From the NCBI RefSeq assembly GCF_009914755.1, contig NC_060925.1: 64,000 nt of DNA. One strand, given 5' to 3'. The translations under genes were made by a program, and so were the position numbers. The notes beneath the pieces were generated by a model, which saw only the letters and a list, made by a program, of their open reading frames with translations, did no database searches and had not been told where the DNA came from. The stretch is from the human T2T-CHM13v2.0 reference genome, Homo sapiens. Shown piece by piece: positions 17,107 to 35,912 of this stretch (the first letter of the stretch is position 1; each line of letters opens with the position of its first letter).

Positions 17107-17790
17107 ATGGTCCTTCACTTTAAGTGTGGGGGAAGGAGACAGGCTAAGAACAAATGCAGCCTCTCTCTATTTATCCATGGCAGAAAGGCCCCGATGCAAT
17201 CATCCTGGGTAGTGGCAGATGGCTCAGGCCAAGGACAGGTCATACTGGCTTCCAGTAGAATGTGTTCTCCTGCCCAGTCTCTCTCCCTCTGGGTCAGCTT
17301 CATTAGAGCAGAGCTTTCTAGACTTTCTGTCTGGGTGGTCCTTTCCATGGGCCTCCCCCTTCCTCAGACACATTTAACTATTTAGAAAGCTGCATACAAA
17401 GGCCTGGTTTATGTACCTCCTTAGGAGTAGGGATAGCTGTGGATAAAGAAAGTGTATCCCCTGCAATTCTCTGGAAATAGAAACAACTTCTCAACTAGGC
17501 CATGCAGGCCCTAGATTCCTGTTGGGGCTACAGCTAAACACAATTTCCCTCTCTCCACTGAGTATGGAAGTGGGATGGTAATAGTAAAGTAGTGAAGAAC
17601 TGGGAAGAAGTTCGACCTTTGGCCTTGGGGAACAGCTTGGAGGGCAATCTTGGCAGTCTTATAGGCTCACAGGAGCTTATGGGCCCTCACTTCAAGTATG
17701 GGGAAAGGAGAGAGGCTAAGAACCAATGCAGCAGCTCCCCATTTATCCATGGCAGAAGGCCCCTGATGCAATCATCCTGGGTAGTGGCAG
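17107..17790 (+). repeat. Local direct duplication, 112 bp units at 17107-17218 and 17679-17790
   Basis: Ungapped manual alignment with ~14 mismatches; identical core GATGCAATCATCCTGGGTAGTGGCAG. Confidence 0.88.
17332..17340 (-). promoter_or_regulatory. GLI consensus site (~5 kb upstream of PTCH2)
   Basis: TGGGTGGTC, the reverse complement of GACCACCCA. Confidence 0.55.
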
Positions 17791-20038
17791 TCTTCTCGGC
17801 TCAAGGAACTCTTGCCAGCAGGCAAGGATGAATTGTAACTGGGGGATGGATTCCTGGAGTAGCAGCTGTCAAGTTTTGTCTGACCCGGCAAGCTCCCGGA
17901 ACCCTGTTCCTCAGCACATCCCCAGGGTCCTCCCTGATTCGGCATTCGAGGTCCCCTTTCTCCTCTTCCTCCACTTCCCTCATTGAGCATCACTGGGAGA
18001 GGCAGGGCAGACCCTATTAACTCTTCTGCCTGCCTTGCTTTTCTGATTTCTGTCCATGGAGAGGTGGCCGGCCAGTGGACATTCAGTTGCTCACTATGTT
18101 TCAGACATACTCAGCCCCTCTGTAGCTGCTACCAAAAGAAAACAAAAACTGTCCCTGCCTTCTGGCAGACAAACAGGGCAAAGAGAAGAAAAATCAAAGC
18201 ATCTTGGGCACCCAGCCAGTCCTGGAACTGTCAGACAATAGCAGCAGTGTCCTGAGCTGGGGGCTGCTCCCAGCTGGGACTCAAACTCAACAACACCTTC
18301 CTCTGGGAAAGCTTTTACCTTTTGTTTTCTCCAGCTCCTTCCTTTCCTTGATGCAGAGGCCGTTCCATGGACTTGTGCAAAGGGAAGGCACAGGAGAGGT
18401 TTTTCCTCTGTCTCACTGTCAGGGGTTCTAAGGGCTCCATGGGGAAGGACAGGAAAGGGTACATAGGAGGGCTCTGAGACAGTTTAATCAATGCCCTTTA
18501 CTCCTCCACCGCACTTTCCCTCCCAACCCTTTTCTCTGGTCAAGGAGCAATCTTCTGGCTCCTTGGGAGACCCTAAGGGGAAGAAAGCTCTGGGAAAGAG
18601 GACAAAACCTGAGAAACAGAAGGGCCTTTAACATTCAAACAGTCGAACTTTCTCATTTTGCAGATGGAAACACTCAAGGTCAGAGAGGAGAGAGTGATTT
18701 GACCCAAACCAAACAACATTACAGAGGACAGATTTTCTTCCACCCAGGCCAGGACTCTGTCTCCAGCACCATCTAGGCCCCACCAATTTAATTTCAGTTC
18801 CAAAGGGGACCATGTTGGGCACCACCACAGCTCTTTATCCCCACATCCCTCTCAGCCCTATTGGTTTCAACCACTTCTGCCGGGCCATTTCAGCTCCTGC
18901 CTGATTAGGGCAAACTTTCAGGAGCCTTGTTCTGACCAGTGGGAGCACCAGGGCTCTCAAGAAGGCTGACAGAGGTGGAGATCCCCCAGGGTAGAAATAC
19001 TCACGGAGTCTCTCACAAGTTCTATGACTAAGATAGGCAAGATTACTCAAGTAAACTTGAGAGCCTTGAGGTTTTTGAAGCAATGCAGAAACCAGTATTT
19101 CAAATAATTCTTTCTAATTACTGCCACCCACAGTGAAGACATCAAGAGAAGCCTTTACTTTGATAATTCTAGGAGGTGAAATCTCACCCCAGGAACCACT
19201 TTTATCTTCCACCAAACACCTGCAGGCTGTAAAAGCAATGCAGGGAGAGAGCAGAGTGAATGTGTGTTTGGGAGCAGGGGTGGTGGAGGGAAGGTGGATA
19301 GGCCTCTAGAAGGGCTGTGAGTATGGAAATTTCATTCCTCAATTATCTGAAGCAGGAGAGTCTGCAGAATTAGGATATAAAGGAGTGCAGCTGGAGGAGA
19401 GTCAGAAGGAATTTCAAGCCATGATACAGGTTCCTGGCTCTTCCTTCCCAGGTTGGGCAAACCTCAGTGAGGTGAGGTGCAGCGGGGTCTGGCTTGGCTC
19501 AGACCATGGCTCTTCATGTTCTTATCTCCACTAGAACCTGTGGGAATAGGCTTGTTGGCTAGGCAGGGGCTGCCCCTGCTTCTGTTCAGTCTCCAAGGGA
19601 TATTAGTTGAACTAGGGAAAATGGCTAGAGGCTGGGAGGAGAGGGAGTGAATGGTGAGCATGGAGGGTGGGGCTGTGGGTGAGGTGGGGGAAGGGGCTGG
19701 GAATCTGTATGGTAGGTATGGGAGCAGAGTCCTGGGCTGATGCTCAGGCGTGGCACTGCCAGCAGCTAGGCCTATGGGTCTAGAAAGGCTGATTAGGATA
19801 AGGGACTGAAGTACTCCCAGGTCCTTTTAGGTGAGGGATACTTTCAGGACTGGGTTGGGTCAGCCAGTCAGAAAGTAGCCTTCCTAGGAGCTTTACATTG
19901 GACAGCTGCTGCCCCACCGATACATCTTGGCACACAAGAGTTAGGCCACTGTATCTGTCCTGTCCCACACACTTGCTCCAGATGATCTTTACCACATGAC
20001 ACATGAACATACACTGTGTACACCTGGAGCCCACCTGA

Positions 20039-20680
<642 letters not shown>

Positions 20681-21183
20681 TAGGGATATGAGAGAGAGAG
20701 CACCTTCCTATGCAGGAGGATGGGACCAACTGTCTATATACCTGGCTGTGGTGAGGCTTTAAATAGGAGAACTGAAACTGGGTCTTAAAGGGTGAATAGT
20801 TTCTACAGGCAGTGATGGAAGGGATTCTAGGCTGTTAGAACAGCAAGGGCAAAGACAGTGAGATGGGAGAAAGGGGACCATGAAATACTGTGGTGTGGCC
20901 AGAGAATAGGAAATGAGGGGATAAGGGTAAGAAATGAGGCTAAAAGGATAAACAGAGATAAGAAAGGGCAATACCTCATATATAATATGGAAATAATGAC
21001 ACCTACTGCATAGGGTTGTTGTGAGAATTCAATGAGTTAAAGGTAAGTGAATGCTCAATAAGTTGTGGCTATTATTATTTCTATAAAGGTCAAACCCATA
21101 AGGCCCTCCATGACATCTTTGCCTACCTCTCCAGCTTCATTTCCCACTATTCTCCATTTTGCCAGTAAGCCATACTGTTTTAA

Positions 21184-21330
<147 letters not shown>

Positions 21331-21685
21331 TGACGCCACACATGGCTAATTTTTTTTTTTTTTTTTTTTGTATTTTTAGTAGAGATGGGGTTTCACCATG
21401 TTGGCCAGGCTGGTCTGGAACTCCTGGGCTCAAGTGATCTGCCCTGCCTTGGCCTCCCAAAGTGCTGGATTACAGGCGTGAGCCACCGCACTTGGCCCTG
21501 TTTTATACCTTTGAACTTTGGCACAACCCTCTGCCTAGAATGCTTCCCCCTCCATTTTTTCCTGTTGCACTCTTACTACCCTATGTGCCCTAACGTAGCA
21601 CCTCTAATATGCGATGCCTTCCCTTTTGCACGGTCCATTTCCTGCTTTGTGAAACCACTGTACCTAATATATATCTCTATTCCTA

Positions 21686-22011
<326 letters not shown>

Positions 22012-23218
22012 TCAAAAAAAAAAAAAAAACAAACCAAGAACATTGAGAGGAGAGATGGAACAGTGTAGTTATGATTATATCCCCAGTGTCTAGCATAGCT
22101 ACTGCCACATGATGATTTTAGAGGTTTTGGGTAATGACTAAGATAGGATATGGTCATATAACTGGAGAGCTAAAGCTGAATGCAGATGAAGGTTGGTAGA
22201 GAAGTTCAGGGAATCATGAAGCCGGAGAGCTGGACAGTTTACTGATGAATATGTTTAAGTTGTCCAAGATGTTATGGAGAAGTGAGGGAGAGGAGAGGAA
22301 GACTGTGAACCATAGGCTAAAGCTCTTAATAAATGTAGGGAAGTACCCTGGAAGCTGATCAATGATGCGGTGAAAGGTAAGAAGAGCTATAGAAAACTTT
22401 CAAGGAAAAAGAACTATAGAAAGGAGGCAGTGAGCCAATAGCCTGGAAGGGGCAGGGGGAGCCAGGGAACAGAGACTATATCTGGCATGTTGGGGTTGAT
22501 GTATTTTCATGGTGATTCAGTAAGTTGGAGGAAACCTGTAGAGGCACAACAAGCAGAACTAGGCCGGGCGTGGTGGCTCGCTCCTGCAATCCAGCACTTC
22601 GGGAGGCCAAGGTGGGTGGATTGCCCCAGCCCAGGAGTTTGAGACCAGCCTGGGCAATAGTTAGACACCATCTCTACAAAATATAAAAATATTAGCTGGA
22701 TGTGGTGGCATATGCCTGTGGTCTCAGCTACTCAGGGGCCAGGGAGGGAGGTCGCTTCAGCCCGGGAGGTCAAGGCTACAGTGAGCTGTGACTGTGCCAC
22801 CTACACTTCAGCCTGGGTGACAGAGCAAGACCCTGTCTCAAAAAAACAAAAAACTAAGCAAAGCTAGTGATGCTTGGTCAGGGATGGGAGTAGGGTCCAG
22901 TAAATACACTGGAAAATCTTTGGGCTGGAATCAGGTTGGGAAAGATCCCAAGGGGAAAAATACAAGGGAGGATGATAAGTTGGGAAAATAGCAATGGGAT
23001 AGAAGGGAAAAACATCACAAATAAAAGGTGCACTGTTGGGAAACTGGGAAAGCTTCCTGCTGGCCAGGAGGATTTGACCTGTGTCAAGTATACATCAACA
23101 GCCTGACCTATACCAGGTCTACTTTCATGGTCAAAGAACTGATCACTCTGGCCATAGGGAAGAGATCCAAGTTCTGTCACTGACTGTAAGAAGAGACTCA
23201 GATGAAGCATGCTTTTAG

Positions 23219-23554
<336 letters not shown>

Positions 23555-23840
23555 TGACTGTTAGCTGTAGCCATTCTACTGCTTGAGAAGGTCAAATTTG
23601 GCTGCCAGTATTTTTGCCAGAGATAACCAATGAGAGTATTGGGATGGGGTGAGAAAAGTCAGAGTTGTTATAAAATGGCTTGTTTTCGTGTTGGTGCTAG
23701 AAGAGGGTAGGGAGGCCTACACTGAGTTACGAGCCATACTTTTGGGGAAAAAGACTGCTATGGATGTGGTGACTCTGGAGCATGAAAATGATTAGAATTT
23801 GGAGAGGAGACTGCATTATGTCTTTTTTTTTTTTTTTTGA

Positions 23841-24143
<303 letters not shown>

Positions 24144-24749
24144 TGAATGTTTTTTCCTGAAACCCCTTCATGTGAGGAAGACTGACGGAAGACTTTGCCA
24201 TCTATTGAGCTCTTTGCTGGTAAGGATGTGAGTTGTTGGTGTTTGCCTAGGTCACCTATAGTAACAAGTCTTGAGTGCTGCACTGATGGTTAGGAGTTTG
24301 CTTTCACCATACGGCTCAGTCTCAAAAAAAAAAAAAAAAGAAGAAGTAATAGTGGAAAAAGGCAACTGGCCAGGGAGTTCCTGTGGCAGGAGGGCACTGA
24401 CCACTGTGCTGGATGCACTGGTCCTTCCAGCAGAGGACAGAGAGAAGGAAGTGGTGGGGTTGTCCAGTTTAGAGCCCAGACAAGATGACTTCCCTGGCCA
24501 GCCCTCCTTCAGCAGGACCATTAAAGGGTCTCCTTGCTAAAAGGTGGACACATAGTGTTAATTAAAGCCAGAAAGCCCAGGAGTTTATGAAGCCCATCTC
24601 ATGATGATTGCAACCATCGCACAGAGGCCTTTCTTGGAACCCTAACTTTATACCCTGAAATCCCCCAAAATATGTTTCATGGATCCAACATTCATTCATT
24701 CACTCTTTTCCCCTTCTGAGCATTTACCATAAATCAGGACCTGTTCTGA

Positions 24750-25289
<540 letters not shown>

Positions 25290-26036
25290 TAGAGAGAGCA
25301 CATGTAAAAGCATGGAGAGGTATAATGGCACGGTATGTATGAGGAATTCTAAGTCTTTTGGTACACTCAAGGAGTAGTGCATACACCTGTCATTTAATTA
25401 TATGTAATTCTCACAATTCTCCAAGGTAGCTATTATTGTCCCAATTGTCTAATTAAGAAAATCTGGGGCTGGGCGCAGTGGCTCATACCTGTAATCTCAG
25501 CACTTTGGGAAAGTGAGGTGGGTGGCTTGCTTGAGGCCAGGAGTTCAAGACCAGCCTGGGTGACATTGCAAAACCCTGTCTCTACTAAAAACACAAAAAT
25601 TAGCCAAGGGTGGTGGTGTGCCCCTGTAGTCTCAGCTGCCCGGGAGGCTGAAGCACAAGAACCACCTGGATCCAGGAGGAGGAGGCTGCAGTGAGCTGAG
25701 ATAGCACTACTGTACTCCAGCCTAGGCGACAGAGCAAGACTCTGTCTCAAAAAATTAAAATTAAAAAAAAAAAAAAAAAGGAAAATCTGAGGGCTTAATG
25801 ATTAAAAATTTCACTTGGTGCACAGCCACTAAGTTGAGTTGAGATGTGAACTGAGGTCTGTTTGATTCTAAAGCCCAAAAGGAAGGCATATGACTTTAAA
25901 AAAGGGAAGGGGGAAGAAACTGAAGAAGGAAATGATGTGGCGTCTACAGAGTTGGTGGGGTTAATTCCTTCAGCAACTCCCCTCCCCACCTTATTTTAGG
26001 TTTAGGAATAATACCAAAAGCAATCAGTCATTTTAA

Positions 26037-26159
<123 letters not shown>

Positions 26160-26884
26160 TGAGTAGCTGGGACAACACGTGTGTGCCACTGTGCCTGGCT
26201 AATTTTTAATTTTTTTGTAGAGATGGGTTCCTGCTATGTTGTCTAGGCTCAAGCAATCCTCACATTTCAGCCTCCCAAAGTGTTGGGATTATTGGCATGA
26301 ACCACTGTGCCTAGGCTTCAAGAATCACTGTACAGTATTGGTGCCAACCTGGGCCATTAGATCTATTGGTATGTTTTCAAGGTTTTGAGATTAAGGGTGC
26401 ATACATGTATAAGCTTATCTATAAGATTAATTTCTAGAAATGAAACTGTTAAGTCAAAGTAAAAAAATTTGACAGTGATGCCAGGTGCGGTGGCTTACGC
26501 CTGTAATCCCAGCACTTTGGGAGGCTGAGGTGGGCAGTTCTCCTGAGGTCGGGAGTTCGCAACCAGCCTGACCAACATGGAGAAACGCCATCTCTACTAA
26601 AAATACAAAAAATTAGCTGGGCGTGGTGGCACATGCCTGTAATTCCAGCGACTCAGGAGACTGAGGCAGAAGAATCGCTTGAACCCGGGAGGCGGAGGTT
26701 TCAGTGAGCTGAGATTGCACCATTGCACACCAGCCTGGGCAACAAGAGTGAAACTCCGAAAAAAAAAAAAAAATTGACAGTGATGTCAACTGCTCTCCAA
26801 AGATGGCTTTATCAATTTATGTTCTCGCCCGCAGTGTACGTATGTGCTTGTTTCCCACATCCTCACCAGCCTTTGGCATTATCA

Positions 26885-27157
<273 letters not shown>

Positions 27158-27730
27158 CTACGTGCCTCAAGTTATCAGTGGAAGACAGAATGGTAAGCCA
27201 AGGGAGGACCTGGCTTCAGAGAAATCCAGATTTGGGACTATGCTCATAACGATCTTTCTCTAAGGCCTGAAAAGAAGATATTCTGACTTCACTTCAGTTC
27301 CTTTTTTTTTTTTTTTTTTTTTGAGACAGGGTCTCACTGTGGCCCTGGGGCTGGAGTGCAGTGGTGTGATCATAGCTCACTGCAGCCTCTAAAACTCCTG
27401 GGTTCAAGTGATCCTCCCACCTCAACCTGTAGCTGGGACTACAGGTGCACACCACCATGTCTGGCTAATTACTTCAGTTCTTTAGGATCCCAGAACCTAG
27501 AGGTCTAAATTCCATCCAATCTGTTCTTTGGTCTGGGGCTGGTCCTTAGGCTGACCCATCACTGCTGCTTCTCATCTGGGAATATATACCAAATTTCATT
27601 TGAGGCTCAGAAATCACAAATCCTCCTAGGACATCAACTCTGGAAACAATGGGCTCCCCACACTCTCACCACAGACTCTGGTTAAGCAAAGCCATACTCA
27701 TTCAAAAAAATTTTTTTTTCTTTGAGATAG

Positions 27731-27916
<186 letters not shown>

Positions 27917-28784
27917 TGAACTCCTGGCCTCAAGTGATCCACCCGCCTTGGCTTCCCAATGTGCTGGGACTACAGGAGTGAGCCACCGCACCTGGCCTAA
28001 ACAATTTTTTCAGAGATAAGGTATCATTATGTTGCCCAGGCTGGCTTCAAATTTGAGCTCAAGCAATTCTCCTGCTTCAGCCTCCCAAGTCTCTGGGACT
28101 ACAGGTGTCCATCACTATGCCTGGCTAAAAAGGATTTTTTAAAAGCCAACTCCATTCCACATAAAAGACTACTCCAGACCCTAAAGCATACACCAAGAGC
28201 AGCGCCACTTGCTCACAGCATTTAAATGTATTTAAAAAGCATTCTCCTAGGCCACGTGTGGTGGCTCACCCCTGTAATACCAGCACTTTGGGAGGCCGAG
28301 GTGGAAGGATCACTTGGGCCCAGGAGTTTAAGACCAGCTTGGGCAGCATTGTGAGACTCTTTATCTCTACACAAAATAAAAAAGCTAGCTGTGCATGGTG
28401 GTGCATGCCTGTAGTACCAGTTATTCAGGAGGCTGAGGTAGGAGGATCGCTTAAGCAAAGGAGGTAGAGGCTGCAGTGAACTGTGATCGCACCACCGCAC
28501 TCTAGCCTGGGCAATAGAGGGAGATCTTGTCATAAACGGAGCATCTTCTTGGCTCTTAAAGACTGCCAGGTTGGAGGAAATGTCCTTTTGAAAATTACGA
28601 CTAACCTGGCTGGGTGCGGTGGCTCATGCCTGTAATCCTGGTACTTTGGGAGGCCAAGGCAGGTGGATCACCTGAGGTCAGGAGTTTGAGGCCAGCCATG
28701 GCCAACATGGTGAAACCCCGCCTCTATTAAAAATATAAAAATTAGCCAAGCATGGCGGTGCGCACCTGTGATCCCAGCTACTCA

Positions 28785-29227
<443 letters not shown>

Positions 29228-29299
29228 TGATCCAGCCTTCTTTTTTTTTTTTGAGATGGAGTCTTGCTCTGTCCCCCAGACTGGAGTGCGGTGGCGTGA

Positions 29300-29602
<303 letters not shown>

Positions 29603-32600
29603 TAATGCCACCCTCAGTGTCCTGGCCCCCCATCAATTATTTTGGTAGGTCTCGGATAGGAGCTAAATGTATTTAACTAGAAGCAAACCCCTCCTAGATG
29701 ATTCTGGGAGTACTATTTTTATCTCTGATGCACTAAAAAAGAGCAACCACATTTTGCAGATGAGGTAACAGATTTAGAGAAGTTAAACCATTCACTCAAA
29801 ACCATATAACTGCTAGTAACAGATTTAAATCTAGGTCTGCCTGACTTCAGAATCCATAATTTAATCATAATGCAATACAAAGAAATTAAGAAAAGACTAG
29901 AAGAGACCTAGAACTGCCTTATTCTGAGCTGATATGGCTCAGTGGAAGAAGCTCTTTCCTAACAAGGGGATATTCAGTACCCGAGTCAGAAATGGGAAGA
30001 GAAAAAATGGGCAGCTGGAAGGGAGAAGGAGGAGGATAGAGAGGGTGTAAGCACCCTTTTAACAAAACAAAACTAAGGAAAAATTCCCAACCCAAGAGGC
30101 ATGAGGGGGTGGGAAAGAGGACATTCCAAGGACTAAAAACACTGATACACAGACCATTAAAAAAGATTCTTCCCAAATGCCAAAACTTAGTAAAATGCAA
30201 AAAGAAATACTAGCACTTTAAGGCATTTCAGAGTCTTCTTTATCTCTGTTCTCCTAGGAGGTTAAAGCCTTTTGGAAAGTAGCAAAAGGCCAAAACCACA
30301 GCACCTCTGTGGTGTAGGCTAGAGATGGGCAGAGACAGCACTAGTTTGCCCTTTGGCAGACTTGGGATACACTCAGTGGGTGGGCTTTTAAGAGAGCTTC
30401 CATAACTTTCCAACTTGCCTAACTTGCAAAGCAGTCCAGTAAGCAGTTAGGGTCAGTTAGGGTGGTTCCTGCTTTTTGGGGGAAATTCCTCCAAAAGGGG
30501 TAATAGGGAAGTATAGAAAGCTTTAGATACAGAGGCTCCTGGGACAGAGCTGCCTTTCAGTTGGCTACTAGTTTATAATGGAAAAGTCTTATTTCTTTTT
30601 CCAAGGTGGTAGTAGGGGTATGCTTCCTACTCAGTCGTAAGAGCCAAAGAATGTATGCTCTGAAGCTAGGCAAGAGGTAAACATAGTCAGCAGACAAGAA
30701 ACAGCCAACAGGAACTCAAGCAGCCATAATTAGAGACAATTAAATGTCTATTTTGGAATCTGGGATATAAGTGGGAGAGATTTCTGGAAGAAAGAGACAA
30801 GAATAACTGAGGTCAGATTTCCATAGCAATAAACAGCCTGGTTTTCCTTAGGCTTAGTGGATCTGATTGGGGTCTTCAGGAACCTCCCACATTGTCTGTC
30901 TCATCCAGTTGATGTGTAGCTCTTTCTGAGACACATAAACCACTGCTGTGGAGCCTGCGGATATGATAGGGAAAGTGGGGTGACGGATGGAAAGCTGTGG
31001 GCTCTCCTGAGGCTCCTGGTAAGTGGATCTGTGGAAGGCTTTGAGATGAATACCTGAAAACAGCTTACTGGTTGTGAAGCTCTTTTCTGACCATTTGTAT
31101 CCTCAATTGTTCCCCAGTATTATTGTGCAGCCCAAATCACCTCCAATAGCAAGGCTGAGGTACTTTGGAAAAATTTCAACCCAACACAGCTTTTCCCCAT
31201 CCAAGAAGAAACTCCAGGATCAAGGACTTTACTGGGAGTGTATCTGTTCATGCTACAGGGAATGGAAAGATAGGACCTTATCAAACAAACCCTCTCTAGG
31301 TTGCCAATTGGCAGCAAGGACTCTGTCTTTTCTGTTTAGTGCCTAAGGAGAGAGAAGAGGTGAGTTCCTATAGTCCAACAAAAGAGCTTGTTCCAGACTA
31401 GAATTACAGCTTCTGCATCCTAGTTTTAACTCTCAGGTTGGCACGAAGCACTCCGCTGTGCTAATGTCTAGCTGTGTTCTCTAAGACGCTGCTCAGTGAT
31501 GGCTAAGACTAATGGAGACTTGGTCCTCATTTCTCCTTGGTAGGTTCAAATTTCAAGCACAGAGGCAGGCTTTGCAAAATTACTCTGAAAACTGTAACGT
31601 TTCAGTGGAAAGGAGGCCATGAGAAAAACAGAGTACTACAGTAAGATCACTGCTTGGCCAGGCACACCACACTATACTATGTTGTGGCATATCACCTGAG
31701 GAAGAAGGCTAACTGAGAAGCAAGAGTGCCTCCAAATTCTTGCTCCTCTTCTGGCTTTAGGTAGGACTTCTTTCAGTTATTTCAAGGGAGGAAAGGGAAC
31801 TCACATATATCTAATGTCTAATACATCTCAGTCATTATATAAAGCACTTTACACTCATTTATTATTATTATTTTTTGAGATGGAGTCTCACACTGTCGCC
31901 CGGACTGGAGTGCAGTGGCGCGATCTCGGCTCACTGTCTCCTGCCTCAGCCTCCCAAGTAGCTGGAATTACAGGCATCTGCCATCATGCCCGGCTAATTT
32001 TTTGTATTTTTAGTAGAGATGGGGTTTCATTATGTTGACCAGGCTGGTCTCGAATGCCTGACCTCATGATCTACCCGCCTCAGCCTCCCAAAGTGTTGGG
32101 ATTACAGGCGTGAGCCACTGCACCCAGCCTACACTCATTTTATAACTGAATCCTTTCAGCAAACTTGCAGGGATGGTGGTATTTATTCCAATTTTTACAG
32201 AGAAAATTGAGACTCACAGATGTTAGGCAATGTGCACAGGCCTAAAGTGACACTCCACTGTATCACGGGCTCCTGCTTCAGATATTGACTTAGAGAATAT
32301 TCGGCAAAGAGCCATGAAACTTCTCAGTAACTGAGGATGGGGAGGTTCTTTTCTTTTTTGATGAGTTGACAGGCTTTCTAAACTACTCATGACCCTGGGG
32401 GAAGAAAAGAGAATGAAACTGAAGATATGTGTAGCTTTTCTAGGCATGTGACTAAGGTCTGCTCTAGGCCAACTCAACACTTTGGCCGAAAGATTATGGC
32501 TGAGTCACCCATAATCTCTCTAGGTACTGGGAGCCTCCTAACCTAAGCCCTTCTAAGCTGGTCCAAGTATCTCTCTAGAGAAAGAATCATGTGTTATTTT

Positions 32601-33484
32601 TATTAAAAGTTATTTTTTATTATTTATAATTTAAAACAATTCTTTTTGGTAGAGATGGAATTTTGCTATGTTGCCCAGGCTGGTCTCAAACTCCTGGCCT
32701 CAAGTGATCCTTCTGTCTCAGCCTTCAAAGTGTTGGGATTACATGTGTGAGCCACTGCATCTGGCAACCATGTATTATTTTTAATGAAATATTTTAAGTA
32801 TAGAAAAAAACCTAGAGAATAATATAAAGAACGCCTGTGTATCCACCAAACAGCTTGAGAAACAAACAATCCAACTTGCTAAGCATCTTTCTTTCATCCC
32901 ATTTCCTTCCTTCTTCCACCAGGGTATCCATTATTGGACTGTGGTGTTTCTTGTTCCTAAGTATTTTTACTACATTTATTAAACATACAATATTTTTAAT
33001 GTTTTAGAATTGTACATACATGTTACCGTTCTGTGTATCCTTCTGCAACTTGCTTTCCCCTCTTCAACATCATATTTGTGATTTATCCAGGTTAATTCAG
33101 GTAATGATATATATAATACTTGAAGAAATGATCTTACCTTTTCCCTGTTTCTGGTCACTCTTGCTCTTGGGTCCTCTAGATTAAAAGGTACTGACTCCAG
33201 TGAGCAGGCTGAAAATTTCCTCCTTTTAGTTCTGTATGCCCCCCTTCACTATATAAGATTTTGTGGTGAGAAATGGCTCCCTCCTAAGAAATCTAAGTCC
33301 TTGTATTCCCTAAGCAGAGGCTAGGGAGTTTAGGGGAAATCAAAGCAAAGATGTAACAGCCTTAAAGAGTTAAGCTGCAGAATTCTTCATCTAAGATGGG
33401 TTTAGTGCAAATGGTTCAAAGGTAGGGAATGAACCAAAAGCCATTAGGAGCCCCTTTAATCCAGGGGATCTTCCCAAAGTGTCA

Positions 33485-33815
<331 letters not shown>

Positions 33816-33979
33816 TTATGTACTTTTCTGCAACTCTAATTACCTCTAATTGGACTTATATTTAAGAGGATTCACTTTTATACCTTAAACTATCCATTTT
33901 CATTTCTTCCTTGGCTATATTATGTCTTCAGGTAGAGTTTTCCAGAGGGTTCATGGGTGACACAGGTCCTGAGCCCTGG

Positions 33980-34447
<468 letters not shown>

Positions 34448-35260
34448 TTAAAAAAAAAAAAAGAAATGTGTGAAGCCAGCCTGATTTTCTCCCTTCTATG
34501 TGGCCTGATGTTTTTCTTTCAGTTCTGCATGCCTTGGTATTTTGAAAAAAGGATGTTTGATGTCTTTTCTTTGGTTCACCCATGTTCCCATTCCTTCTTC
34601 TCTTTATGTTGAATCTTGGTGTTCTCTTTGGATTTAATCTAAATTTCACTGTATCTGGCAGATATTCTGTAGTCTGTGCATAGGTATGAGTAGGTTATTT
34701 CATTTTATTATAGATAAAGCTTCCTTCTGTGGTTTTGTTTTTTCAATTTGGTGAGCTTTAAGGAATGAAGCACTCATCCACAAATTTTCTTCTGTATTTG
34801 TAACATTGGTACCAACTTTTTTTTTTTTTCCAAGATGGAGTTTTGCTCTTGTTGCTCAGGCTGGAGTGCAATGGCGCGAACTGGGCTCACTGCAACCTCC
34901 ACCTTCCGGGGTTCAAGTGATTCTCCTGCCTCAGCCAACCAAGTAGCTGGGATTACAGGCATGCGCCACCACGCCCGAGTAATTTTGTATGGGGTTTCTC
35001 CATGTTGGTCAGGCTGGTCTCGAACTCCTGACTCAGGTGATCTACCCGCCTCAGCTTCCCAAAATGCTGAGATTACAGGCATGAGCCACTGAGCCTGGCC
35101 ATCATTGGTACCAACTTTTAAAATTTTTATTTATTTATTTTTTTCTCCCTCTCTATAATCATGTACAATATTTTTTTCTAGAAGCAGAGAGGGATCTCTT
35201 AACAGATATTTAGCCAGTTATAGTAGAGGGGTTAAATCAGAGATCTCCATTTTTCATTTA

Positions 35261-35653
<393 letters not shown>

Positions 35654-35789
35654 CTATATTGAAGGCATTTATAGTCTAGTTGAAGAGGGAAGAAAGATGC
35701 AGTAAGTGCCACAGTACCATGTGAGCATGAATAAAGTGTTATGGGTGCATAGGGAGCACAGAGGTGGGGAAAATAGTTTATGGCTATGA

Positions 35790-35912
<123 letters not shown>

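Noticed and set aside
17107-17831. Two ORFs sharing FIHGR..MQSSWVVA, suggesting paralogous microproteins
   Set aside because: A consequence of the DNA duplication; no sign of coding constraint or gene structure
24317-24340. Isolated GTCTC-poly(A) as a possible retrocopy end
   Set aside because: Matches a bare Alu 3' terminus; no TSD or recognisable source gene
28198-28218. CTCF-like GAGCAAGTGGCGCTG on the minus strand
   Set aside because: Mismatches in the core; cannot be supported without ChIP data
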